From the human T2T-CHM13v2.0 reference genome, Homo sapiens: a stretch of 64,000 nucleotides of DNA. Under the pieces are notes generated by a model, which saw nothing but the letters and a program-made list of their open reading frames with translations, was not told the origin of the DNA and made no database searches. The translations under genes and the position numbers were made by a program. Positions 13,240 through 24,073 of the stretch are shown here, in pieces; the stretch's first letter is position 1, and the number at the start of each line of letters is the position of its first letter. The stretch lies in the NCBI RefSeq assembly GCF_009914755.1, contig NC_060927.1. The stretch is one strand, 5' to 3'.

Positions 13240-13689
13240 GTGATGCACTTTTATCTGCTGGATGAAGGCCACAGAGTTGGCCTTACTCCCAATGCAAGTG
13301 TTCCATCCTTCTCCTCAGCCCAGTGGCTCCATTGTCCCACCAGACACTGATACATCTGTGGGCCCACCCACACTCGAAGGGCTATCAGACTACTTCAACT
13401 GGTCCTCTTGCAGCTCCCATGGAATATTGGGACACAGTAGGCAGATACAGGACAAATAGAAAATAAAATATTTCTGACAAGCCAGAGTTACAGTACTGTG
13501 GGTATGTATGCCAAGCATCTACATATTCTCCCTCCTTATTGGACTTTCTCTTAAAATGAAATAATTTTTTGAGTTCCAATGTCTTTCCTGAAACTCCTCT
13601 TTTCTAATCCCTTCCCACATTAGAGCTTACCACTTCTTCCTTTATGAATCCTGTCCTGGAACCTACTGTTCTTTGATATACTCTTTGAT

Positions 13690-13950
13690 GCAGCAGAAAA
13701 TAGAGATTAGGAGCTTGGACTCTGGAGACAGAGTGCCTTGTCTTGATTCCTAGTTCTACCACTTACTGGCTAAGTAACCATGGACAAAGTAACCTCTCTG
13801 TGCCTCAGTCTCCTCATCTGCATGAAGGGATAATAATAATACTACTGATTTCATTTAGGTAATGGTGAAAATTGAGGAAATTCACTGAGCATGGTTTGAA
13901 GAGTTATTGGAACAGAGTTAAGCGCTCAATAAATACACATGTAGCTATTT
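13690..13950 (+). mobile_element. MIR SINE, near full length
   Basis: ggactctggagacag...ctctctgtgcctcagtctcctcatctg...gcgctcaataaat. Confidence 0.8.
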
Positions 13951-13954
13951 GTAT

Positions 13955-14072
13955 ATCTGTCTGTGCTTTCTCTTAGATTATAAATTCCTTGAACTAAAGG
14001 ACAAAATCTTATCTTTGTATTCCCAGTGTTAGGCCCTAAGTAATGCTCAGTATGTGTTGAATGAATGAATGA
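13955..14072 (+). mobile_element. L2 3' end
   Basis: agattataaattccttga...tctttgtattccc...tgttgaatgaatgaatga tail. Confidence 0.7.
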
Positions 14073-14274
14073 GAAATAAGTAACGGAATAAACTTCCAGG
14101 TGTATCTATGACTAATAAGCAATTATATGGAGACTTTCCCACTGACAACCATAGCTTTATAGCAAACAATTCTAGTATTTGTGTCATCTGTCATAACCCA
14201 AGCTGAGCTTGTCTTAGTTTTCTCTGCATCTGTGAGCTTTCTGATGCCAGTATGGATATTTCAGTCCTTTATTG

Positions 14275-14311
14275 CCCACACCCTCCCCACCCCACCCCCC
14301 TTCCCCAGCCC
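14275..14311 (-). other. G-quadruplex / i-motif-capable tract (7 C-runs on + strand)
   Basis: cccacaccctccccaccccaccccccttccccagccc. Confidence 0.6.
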
Positions 14312-14517
14312 AGGTGAAAACATTCTGCCTTTCCAACCACAAAGAAATGAGTAAGCAAATTAAATTCTACTGTGAGGTCATTAAAAAAGATGGGTTTGCT
14401 CTCTCATCCTTCTATAGAAAGATGTTTGTAATAAAATTATAAAGATCAGGTAATAAAACTGTATTATAGAATGCCCATTTTGGTAAAAATATACATTTTA
14501 TACACTAAATGTCTAGA

Positions 14518-14660
14518 CCCGTGGTTTTTCACCTATGGCTACATATTAGACCTTAAAAAACTAGTCCTGCACACTCCAGACTATTTGAATCAGAATCTCT
14601 GGGAATGGGCAACAGACACTGATATTCCTTAAAAGCTCCCCAAGTGATTCTAAAGATACA
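14518..14660. mobile_element. MER5-family MITE
   Basis: gaatcagaatctctggg...aaagctccccaagtgattct. Confidence 0.6.
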
Positions 14661-14960
14661 AACAGATATGTTATCAGAGGCTGTCTCTGCCTGGTGGAAT
14701 TATTGGTGTTTTTATTTTCTTCTCTTTCATTATCTTTTTTTTCCCCTCCTATAAACATGTATTGCTTTTGTGATAAGAAAAGAAAAAATCCTCACACACC
14801 GTCAAAGTACAAGCGGAGACAAGGGTAGAATGGAGACAATTTTCAACATCCACTAGCCCCTTACTAGAAGGGAGAGAACACTGGACCTTCCTGCTGCACT
14901 GCTCAAATTGCAATCCCACAGGGCCTCCTAGGAGGAGGTGGGGCACAAACACAACACTGT

Positions 14961-15798
14961 TGTATTAGGCTGTTTTTGCATTGCTATAAAAAAGATACCT
15001 GAGACTGGGTAATTTATATAAATTTAATTAACATATAATTTATATGTTATATAATTTATATAAATTTAATTAACATATAATTTATATAAATTACCCAGTC
15101 TCAGGGTTTTTGTTGGTGGTGGTTTTTTGTTTGTTTATTTGTTTGTTTGTGTTTTGGAGACAGAGTCTCGCTCTGTCACCCAGGCTGGAGTGTGGTGGCA
15201 TGATATGGGCTCACTGCAACCTCCACCTCCTTCCTAGGTTCAAACGATTCTTGTGCCTCAGCCTCCCAAGTAGCTGGGATCACAGTCATACACCACCACA
15301 CATAGCTAATTTTTGCATTTTTTTGTAGAGACAGCATTTCGACATGTTGGCCAGGCTGATCTTGAACTCCTGGCCTCAAGTGATACACCCATCTCGGCCT
15401 CCCAAAGTGCTGGGATTACAGGCATGAGCGACCATGCCTGGCCAGTCTCAGGTATTTTAATTAATTGGCTCACGGTTCCGCAGGCTGTATAGGAAGCATA
15501 GCAGCATCTGTGTCTGGGGAGGCCTCAGGAGACTTATAGTCATGAAGGAGGGTGAAGAGGGAGCAGGCACATCACAGAGTGAAAGCAGGAGCAAGGGAGA
15601 GAGTGGGGGGTGGGGAGGTGCCACACAGTTTTAAATGACCAGACCTCATGTGAACTCATTCACTGCCTCAAAGATAGGACCAAGCCATGAGGGATCTGCT
15701 CCCATAACTCAAACATCTCCCCCCAGGCCCCACCTCCAGCATTGGGGATTACAATTAAACATGAGATTTAGGCAGGGACAAATATCCAAACCATATCA
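14961..15798 (-). mobile_element. MST (MSTA-like) solo LTR, interrupted by an AT-rich palindrome and an Alu
   Basis: tgtattag...ccaaaccatatca termini; TSD actgt/accat (both derivable from ACCGT by CpG decay). Confidence 0.9.
15112..15443 (-). mobile_element. Alu (AluSz/J-like), full length
   Basis: Dimeric Alu; TSD agtctcagggttttt (15097-15111) / agtctcaggtatttt (15444-15458) followed by AA (L1 endonuclease site). Confidence 0.95.
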
Positions 15799-17505
15799 AC
15801 CATCCTGCAGATCCATGCCAACCAATGGAGAGGGCATTAAAGGATACACTAGCCGGCCCTAAAACACTGGACTCACTTTTGAAGTTTATTAACCTTCTTG
15901 TTAAAGCTCAGCTTCAACTGTTAGTGGTCATCAGACCTTCCCCAAAAGAAGATGCAATGTGCACAGAAGTCCCCCAATAGTCCACGAAGCTATCTGATGA
16001 TGAAATAGATGCCAATGGCTACTCTACAGACAAAAATACGCAATCCTATCTGATGCACAGAATTTGAAAACAATATGAGTTGTCCCCAGAGTTCAGGATC
16101 ATCATAAATCTAGGTAGTTACATAAGTGGTGGGGTGGGTAGGGGGTCTGAGAAAGCTCACCCATAACACTTGCAGAGCCTGGGGTAAGAATTCAAATGGA
16201 AGCCCATAAGCTGTATGTCTATTTTATAAATCAGGCTTAAAAACTGTTAAATAAAATGTGTTCTGTCTCCCTACCTTGATGACTACTTTTTCCACAAAGA
16301 TGAAATGGAAAATATGTAAAACCATGGCTTTTAAGTGACCACAAATCAATAACATATCAAAGATGACTGAATGGAAAGATTATTGTACAGCTCTGAGTAT
16401 TCTGTAAATGGGCCAGCAGCATTTGAATGAGTAATAAAATAAAGCCATACATAGTCATAAATTGTTACCTATCTATGCCATAAGCTTTACTTTTCTTGCC
16501 CTTATTTCCACAGAATCACTTTTATAATCATTTCACTAATATTACTATCAAGATTTTCACATTATCTATGTTCTATTAACAATAATAATTTAAAGAATTC
16601 TAGATAAAATGTAAATTATATGCACAATACACAAAATTTGAGAATATTTTTATTCAAAAGTTATATTAAAGTAAATGTAACAAGGTAAAAAGAATTATTT
16701 AAATTATTACTTAATGTTTTATCATTTTTATGTCTATTATACATTATTTAATAAACTATTTAATATTACTTAAAGTATTGCCTTCACATTTTGTCTTCTA
16801 AAATGTTTTAAATTATCTACTAAAATTAAAAGACAAAATTTAAAATAATTAATGGAGTATTCAAATTTTAAATCAACACTAAATAAAACACATATTTTAT
16901 TTAATTTTTTTAAATTCTTATTAAATATTTAATATTTCTTTTAAATCTCATTAAGTGTGTAGAAATAAAACTACTCACAATTCTAATGCTTACTGTTGAA
17001 GTGTGCAAATAATTGGTATTATGCTTCATTCACATTTTATCTAGAACTAAATAAATTGAAAATTTTTTAATATTGTACATTATCCCTTAGCTGCCTTATG
17101 TGACTGTTATAAATCCACAGCTGACTCCTAAGTAGCCTTAAAACAAGATTCTTGGTATGCAAAATATATTCTTGCATTTATGTTATCCAAAAGGAAGAAT
17201 TTTACATGTTAAATAATATATCTGTTTTCTTACTTCTGTGTTACCTTCTGTCACTTAAGCCCTCCCGTACCGTGGAGCAGTGTCCCTGATGTAGGCAGCA
17301 GCACAATCCACAAAGCTCCAGGTTCAGTGACGTTGAGATTCAGTCATCTTTTGCTTCAGGAACCTTGGGCAAGAGAAGTTGTGAAGTGGTTCTCTGAGAC
17401 CTGAGAGGTGCTAGTCATGGCAGTTGACGTTTAGGATTACAACTCTCCCTGTAGCAAAGCTGAGCACTGGATCATAAATGACAGATGTACTCATATATAC
17501 TAATA

Positions 17506-17530
17506 GTGTGTGTGTGTGTGTGTGTGTGTG
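17506..17530. repeat. (GT)n microsatellite
   Basis: Directly visible. Confidence 0.95.
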
Positions 17531-17593
17531 CAATGAAAATAAAAATTGATAACTGGGACCTACATTAAGAAGTTCTGTGTGTGTATGAGAGAG

Positions 17594-17781
17594 GAAGGGA
17601 AGGGAAAGGAAGGGTAAGGGGAGAGGAAGGGAAGGGAAAGGATGGGTAAGGGAAGGGAAAGGAAGGGAAGGGAAGGGAAGGGAAAGGAAGGGAAGGGAAA
17701 GGAAAGGAAGGGAAGGGAAGCGAAGGGAAGGGAAGGGAAGGGAAGGGAAGGGAAGGGAAGGGAAGGGAAGGGAAGGGAAAA
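17594..17781. repeat. (AAGGG/AAAGG)n polypurine pentanucleotide repeat
   Basis: Directly visible; pure (AAGGG)11 at 17723-17777. Confidence 0.95.
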
Positions 17782-18360
17782 GGAGATGAGGTACCTTTAA
17801 ATTAAGGGCTCACCCATAGCAAGGAGTCCCTCCTGTCTAAGTCTAAGGGTAAAACTGCATCTGAGAATGCCAGAAAGGATTCTTTGCTCAAATATATCTC
17901 CTTCACTGAAAGTTTGGTGAGAAGTGAAATATTTGCATAACCTCAAAGTCTCTTTCCTTAAAAAAATACTTAATTATAAAAGGAAGAAAAAGAAAAACTT
18001 TACAGTGAAGAAACCACTGATCAAAGTAAACTTCTCTTGTAATAGGAAGCAATGAAAAGAACACAGCACTGCTTTCTGTGATACTCCTGCCAATGAGGAA
18101 TGAACTGAATCTAATCATGAGAAAACATCAGGCAAGCACAAATCAAGGGAAACTTTACAAAGTAAATGAAGTGTAATATTGAAAAATGTCTCCAGCTTAT
18201 GAAAGCCAAGGAAAGACTAAGGAACTTTTCCAGACTGAAGACTTAAGAGAGATATGACAACCAATGTACCATGTGATCCAAGATTAGATCAAGTTTCGTC
18301 AATTTTTTCAATAATATCCTTTATTGGATAATCCTTTTGCTACAAAGACATTACTGGAGC

Positions 18361-21019
18361 CACACAAAAAATAAAATACCTAGGAATACATCTAACCAAG
18401 GAAGTGAAAGATCTCAACAAGGAGAACTACAAAACACTGCTAAAAGAAATCACAGAAGACACAAACAAATGAAAAAGCATTCCATGCTCATGGATTCAAA
18501 GAAACAATATTGTTAAAATGTCCATACTGCCCAAAGCAATCTACAGATTCAATGCTATTCCTGTCAAATTACCAATGTTATTTTTCACAGAATTAGAAAA
18601 AAACTATTCTAAAATTCATATGGAACCAAAAAAGAGCCTGAATAGCCAAGGCAATCCTAGGCTAAAAGAAAAAAACAGAGGCATGATATTAAATATCAAA
18701 ATATACTATATACGGTTTCAAAATATACTATAAGACTACAGTGAACAAAACAGCATGGTACTGGTACAAAAATAGATACACAGTCCAAAGGAACAGAATA
18801 GAAACCACTGAAATAAAGGCATTCCTACTTCCTGAATAGGATACTCTTTCTGCATTGTTTATTTTTATCAACACAGGAAAGGACACTCTATTCAATAAAC
18901 AGTGCTGGAGAAAACTAGCTAACCATATGCAGAAGAATGAAACTGGACCCCTATCTCTCACTATATACAAAAATTAACTCAGGATGGATTAAAGACTTAA
19001 ATGTAAGACCTCAAACTACACAAATCCTAGACGAAAACCTAGGAAATACCCTTATAGACATTGGCCTAGGCAAATAATTTATGACTAAGTCCTGAAAAGC
19101 AAATGCAACAAAAATAAAAATTGTTAACTGGGACCTAATTAAGGAGCTCTGTACAGCCACGTCAAATATTAACAGAGTAAACAAACTACAGAATGAGAAA
19201 ATATTTGCAAAGTATCCATCCAACAAAGGACTAATACCTCTAATCTATAAGGAACATAAACAAATCAGCAATAAAAAATGACCCATCAAAAAGTGGACAA
19301 AAGACATAAAAGATGAACTCAAACAAATTTACAAGAAAAAAACAAACAATCCCATCAAAAAGTGGGCGAAGGACATGAACAGACACTTCTCAAAAGAAGA
19401 CATTTATGCAGCCAAACGACACATGAAAAAATGCTCATCATCACTGGCCATCAGAGAAATGCAAATCAAAACCACATTGAGATACCATCTCACACCAGTT
19501 AGAATGGCGATCATTAAAAAGTCAGGAAACAACAGGTGCTGGAGAGGATGTGGAGAAATAGGGACACTTTTACACTGTCGGTGGGACTGTAAACTAGTTC
19601 AACCATTGTGGAAGTCAGTGTGGCGATTCCTCAGGGATCTTGAACCAGAAATACCATTTGACCCAGCCATCCCATTACTGGGTATATACCCAAAGGATTA
19701 TAAAACGTGCTGCTATAAAGACACATGCACACATATGTTTATTGCGGCACTATTCACAATAGCAAAGACTTGGAACCAAGCCAAATGTCCAATAATGATA
19801 GACTGGATTAAGAAAATGTGGCACATATACACCATGGAATACTATGCAGCCATAAAAAATGATGAGTTCATGTCCTTTGTAGGGACATGGATGAAACTGG
19901 AAACCATCATTCTCAGCAAACTATCGCAAGGACAAAAAAACAAACACCGCATGTTCTCACTCACAGGTGGGAATTGAACAATGAGAACACATGGACACAG
20001 GAAGGGGAACATCACACACTGGGACGTGTTGTGGGGTGGGGGGAGTGGGGAGGGATAGCTTTAGGAGATATACCTAATGTTAAATGATGAGTTAATGGGT
20101 GCAGCACAACATGGCACATGTATACATATGTGACTAACCTGCACGTTGTGCACATGTACCCTAAAACTTAAAGTATAATTTAAAAAAGGAAGTTAAAAAA
20201 AAAGACACTTCTCAAAAGATCTACAAGCAGCCAACAAATATACCAGAAAAAATCCTCAACACCACTAATCACCAGAAAGACGCAAATCAAAACCGCAATG
20301 AGAAACCATCTCACACGAGTCAGAATGGCTATTTTTGAAAAGTCAAAAATAGATGTTGGCAAGGTTGAGGAGAAAATGGAACACTTTACATGCTGCTGGT
20401 GGGAATGCAAATTAGCTCAGCCCCTGTGGAAAGCAGCTTGGAGATTTCTCAAAGAACTAAAAATAGAATTACCACTGGACCCAGCAATCCCATTACTGAG
20501 TATATACCCAAAGGAAAAGAAATCATTCTACCAAAAAGACACGTGACCTTATTTATATGTTTATTGCCGCACTATTCACAATAGCCAAAATATGGAATCA
20601 ACCCAGGTGCCCATCAATGGTGGACTTGATAAAGAAAATGTGGTATACACCATGGAATACTACATAGCCAAAAAAAAGAACAAAACCTTGTCCTTTGCAG
20701 CAAAATGGACGCAGCTGGAGGCTGTTATCCTAAGTGAATTAATGCAAAAACAGAAAACCAAATACCACATATTCTCACTTATAACTGGGAACTAAACATT
20801 GGGTGCACACAAAAACAAAGATGTGAACAACAAACACGGAGGATTCCAAAAGCAGGGAGGAAGAGAGGATGGCAAGGCTTGAAAAACTACCTATTGGGTA
20901 CCATGTTCACTACCTGGGCAACAGGATCTTTAGAAGCTCAAATCTCAGCATCATGCAATATGCAACAAAACCATACATGTACCCCTGAATTTAAAATTTT
21001 TAAAAGGAAAAAAAATAAA
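18361..21019 (+). mobile_element. 5'-truncated L1PB-like element (interrupted at 19314-20199)
   Basis: ORF2 3' sequence and L1PB-type 3'UTR (aaaactacctattgggtac...ctcagcatcatgcaatat); TSD aaagacattactggagc/aaagacattattgcaac. Confidence 0.85.
19314..20199 (+). mobile_element. 5'-truncated L1PA (PA4/5-like) nested in the L1PB
   Basis: Intact ORF2 C-terminal frame 19375-19977 ([14 protein letters not shown]), L1PA 3'UTR, A-tail, TSD aaaaga. Confidence 0.93.
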
Positions 21020-21429
21020 TTTTTAGCCTGATGACTGGGAAAAAAAGACATTATTGCAACAACTGACAAAAGCTGAATGGAACCTGTGGATTAAATAGTA
21101 GTCATTTATTAATGTCAATTTCCTGATACTGATGGTTGTATTATAATTATATAGGGGAATATTCTCCTTTAGATCAGATATACTCAAGTATGAGAGGATG
21201 ACTGGGGACTGTTTGCAACTTACAGGGGGAAAAAATCTTTGTACTCTTTTTTCAACTTTTCTGTAAGATAGAAATTTAAACATTGTTTTTAAATCACCCA
21301 GGGTCTTATGGTACCTGAAATTCCACTAATAGTGACATTACTGGTCCTTTCCATTAGAAGAAAACTCCTCTAGGCTACTCTTTTTAAACTACTAGTATTC
21401 CTGAAGGGGATTAACACAGTCTGTTATCT

Positions 21430-21900
21430 ATCATCCATCCATTTATTCAACAAAGATTTCACTCATCTCTTCAATAAATGTGTTTAGCACCTACTGTGTG
21501 TCAGCCACTACACTAGGCAGGAGGAATATGTTGGCAAGCAAAATTAGTCATGACCCTACCCCTTTTAGGCTTTTGATCTAGTAAAGAAGATACAAATTAA
21601 TCCAAAACTCACAAAAACAACTATAAAATTCCAATCTTGACAAATATTACAAAGAAATAAGTGATGCTATAAAAGTGTATAATTGAGGAATGAGGAATTG
21701 ACCTAGTATTTGTTTTGAGCACTGAAGATAAAAGGGTGAATGAGGTACTACATTTAGTTTTTAGCAGTTTACAGGGTAATAAAGGAAAAACAAGAATAAA
21801 ATGACATCATTGGGATGTGATAAATCTAACAAGAGTGACATGAAAAAAATACATTGGGAGCACAAAGGAAAGGTTGATCTTAATGTAAAGATCAGGGCCT
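21430..21900 (-). mobile_element. L2 fragment (continues ~22980-23120 after the VNTR)
   Basis: catttattcaacaaa...gcacctactgtgtgtcagccac; distal gcatggagccactaaaagtttgtaaacag. Confidence 0.6.
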
Positions 21901-22020
21901 GAAATCAGTGCCACCTGATCCAAATTATGAAAAATGAATAGGCAAGGAAATGCATCAGTATCCAAGAGTCATGTAAGCAAGGGAGTGGGGGTGTGGGTGG
22001 GAATTGTGGCTCCTTAGGAG

Positions 22021-22970
22021 AGGGGTGACTATCACAGAGCACCTGCCACATAGAAATGAATATCACAGAGTGCCTGCCACATAGAAATGAATATCACAGA
22101 GTGCCTGCCACATAGAGGTGAATATTACAATGCTTGCCACGTAGAGGTGAATAGCACAGCGCCTGCCACGTACTGGTGAATATCACAGTGCCTGCCACAT
22201 AGAGGTGAATATCACAGAGCACCTGCCACATAGAGGTGAGTATCACAGAGCGCCTGCCACTTAGAGGTGAATATCACAGAGTCCGTCACGTAGAGGTGAA
22301 TATCACAGAGCCCATCACATAGAGGTGAATATCACAGTGCCTGCCACATAGAGGTGAATATCACAGCGCCTGCCAAGTATCGGTGAATATCACAGTGCCT
22401 GCCACGTAGAGGTGAATATCACAGCGCCTGCCACGTAGAGGTGAATATCACAGAGCGCCTGCCACATAGAGGTGAATATCTCAGCACCTGCCACGTATCA
22501 GTGAATATCACAGTGCCTGCTACATAGAGGTGAATATCACAGTGCCTGCCCTATAGAGGTGAATATCACAGCACCTGCCACATAGAAGTGAATATTACAG
22601 TGCCTGCCACATAGAGGTGAATATCCAAGTGCCTGCCACATAGAGGTGAATATCACAGAGCACCTTTCACATAGAGGCGAATATCACAGTGCCTGCACAT
22701 AGAGGTGAATATCCAAGTGCCTGCCACATAAAGGTGACTATCACAGAGCACTTGCCATATAGAGGTGGATATCAAAGTACTTGCCACATAGAGGTGAATA
22801 TCACAGTGCCTGCCACATAGAGGTAGCTATCACAGTGCCTGCCACATAAAGGTAATATCACAGAGCATCTGCCACATAGAGGTGAATATCACAAAGCACC
22901 TGCCACACAGAGGTGAATATCACAAAGCGCCTGCCACATAGAGGTGAATATCACAAAGCACCTGCCACAT
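22021..22970. repeat. Minisatellite/VNTR, 32 copies of a 29/31-bp unit AGAGGTGAATATCACAG(AG)TGCCTGCCACAT
   Basis: Units counted directly; head-to-tail with no unique spacers. Confidence 0.97.
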
Positions 22971-23544
22971 GGACCCTCTAGAAAGGCGCAGGCCAAGATA
23001 TCACTGCAAACGCAGGTCAGGCTTGGATGCAGAAGGATCTAGATGTTGGCCATTTTCCCTAGGCAGCATGGAGCCACTAAAAGTTTGTAAACAGTGGAGT
23101 TGGATAGCCATTTCTTTGAAACTTAATTGCCCTAAGCTACAAAGTGGAGACTCCAAAATGTTAAATGAATAAATGAACGAATGCAGAAACAAGCCTTATA
23201 TCAAAATAGGTGAATTCTTGAGAAGACTCCTGAGACAAGTACAAGATATAATGTAAGGCTTATTGCTGGTCCGGTCACCCCAGTTTTAAATGGCACAACC
23301 TCACTTGCCAAATACTTTACTACCACAAAGGGCTGGATTGTTCAGACTCCCACCCACAGGGAGGTCCAGGATAGGCCTGAAGGGAAGCTCTCAGAATCCC
23401 TCCCACAGACCTCTGACCAGTACAATGTAGATTTCTAAGGGAAATAAGATGCCACAATCTTTACGTCAGTTTTACAAAGAGAGATGTTTTCCAGCTGTAA
23501 AGATGGTGCATATCAAAACACATTAGTTCACATAATTCCTAATC

Positions 23545-24070
23545 AGAACTCTATATCGCAGATGACAGAAACCCAACTCATACTAGAAAAAGTGAAAGAG
23601 AATCTATAGGATCATATAACTGAGGAATCAAAAGGGGAACAGGCTTAGGCACAGTTTGACCCAGGGTTTAAGCAAAATCAAAGGAACACTCCCCACTCCC
23701 ATTTCTTTTCTCTTCTGGAATCTACTTCATTTCACTTTCAAATATGCCCTCGATTCATGGTGGGAAACCACCAACAGCAGCCCACATTCATATCCTGCAT
23801 GTTTAGGATTCTTGGTAGTAAGAACAAGTCTCTTTTCATAGCTTTGGCAGAGGAGCCTTGGGGACGAGTCTTCCAGAACCAAAATGGATCAATGGCACAT
23901 CTATAAACAAATTACAGTGTCTAGGGGACAGATTAGTCTAACTGGTAGATCTGAGTCAGTGTATACCGTTGACTGCATTATTCCCTTACAGGAAAAAAAA
24001 AAAAAAAAGTTCTGTTTCCATAAGAAACAGGATGATGTGGTGCCAGGCAAACACAAACAACAGATGTGGT
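23545..24070 (-). mobile_element. Old MLT1 LTR
   Basis: gcagatgacagaaacccaactc...ttaggcacagtttgacccagggt pattern. Confidence 0.55.
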
Positions 24071-24073
24071 AGA

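Larger units (their letters stand above)
16170..17858 (-). mobile_element. Decayed hAT-Tip100 DNA transposon (Zaphod/MER115-like)
   Basis: Terminal segments resemble recalled MER115/Zaphod ends; minus-strand remnant IEHR*CENLD...SDSVEIRARKVK resembles a hAT C-terminal dimerisation domain. Confidence 0.5.
17900..21285 (+). mobile_element. Ancient L1MC-type 3' end, split into 17900-18360 and 21044-21285 by younger L1s
   Basis: tgaatctaatcatgagaaaacatcag...gaaagactaaggaac; resumes aaagacattattg...tcaacttttctgtaag. Confidence 0.65.

Noticed and set aside
19375-19977. 200-aa ORF (and the 204-aa ORF at 28539-29153) as host genes
   Set aside because: Both are the LINE-1 ORF2 C-terminus in 5'-truncated, promoterless copies.
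22021-22970. CRISPR-like array (~30-bp repeats with a palindromic core)
   Set aside because: Units are head-to-tail with no unique spacers, there are no cas genes, and the context is primate; it is a minisatellite.
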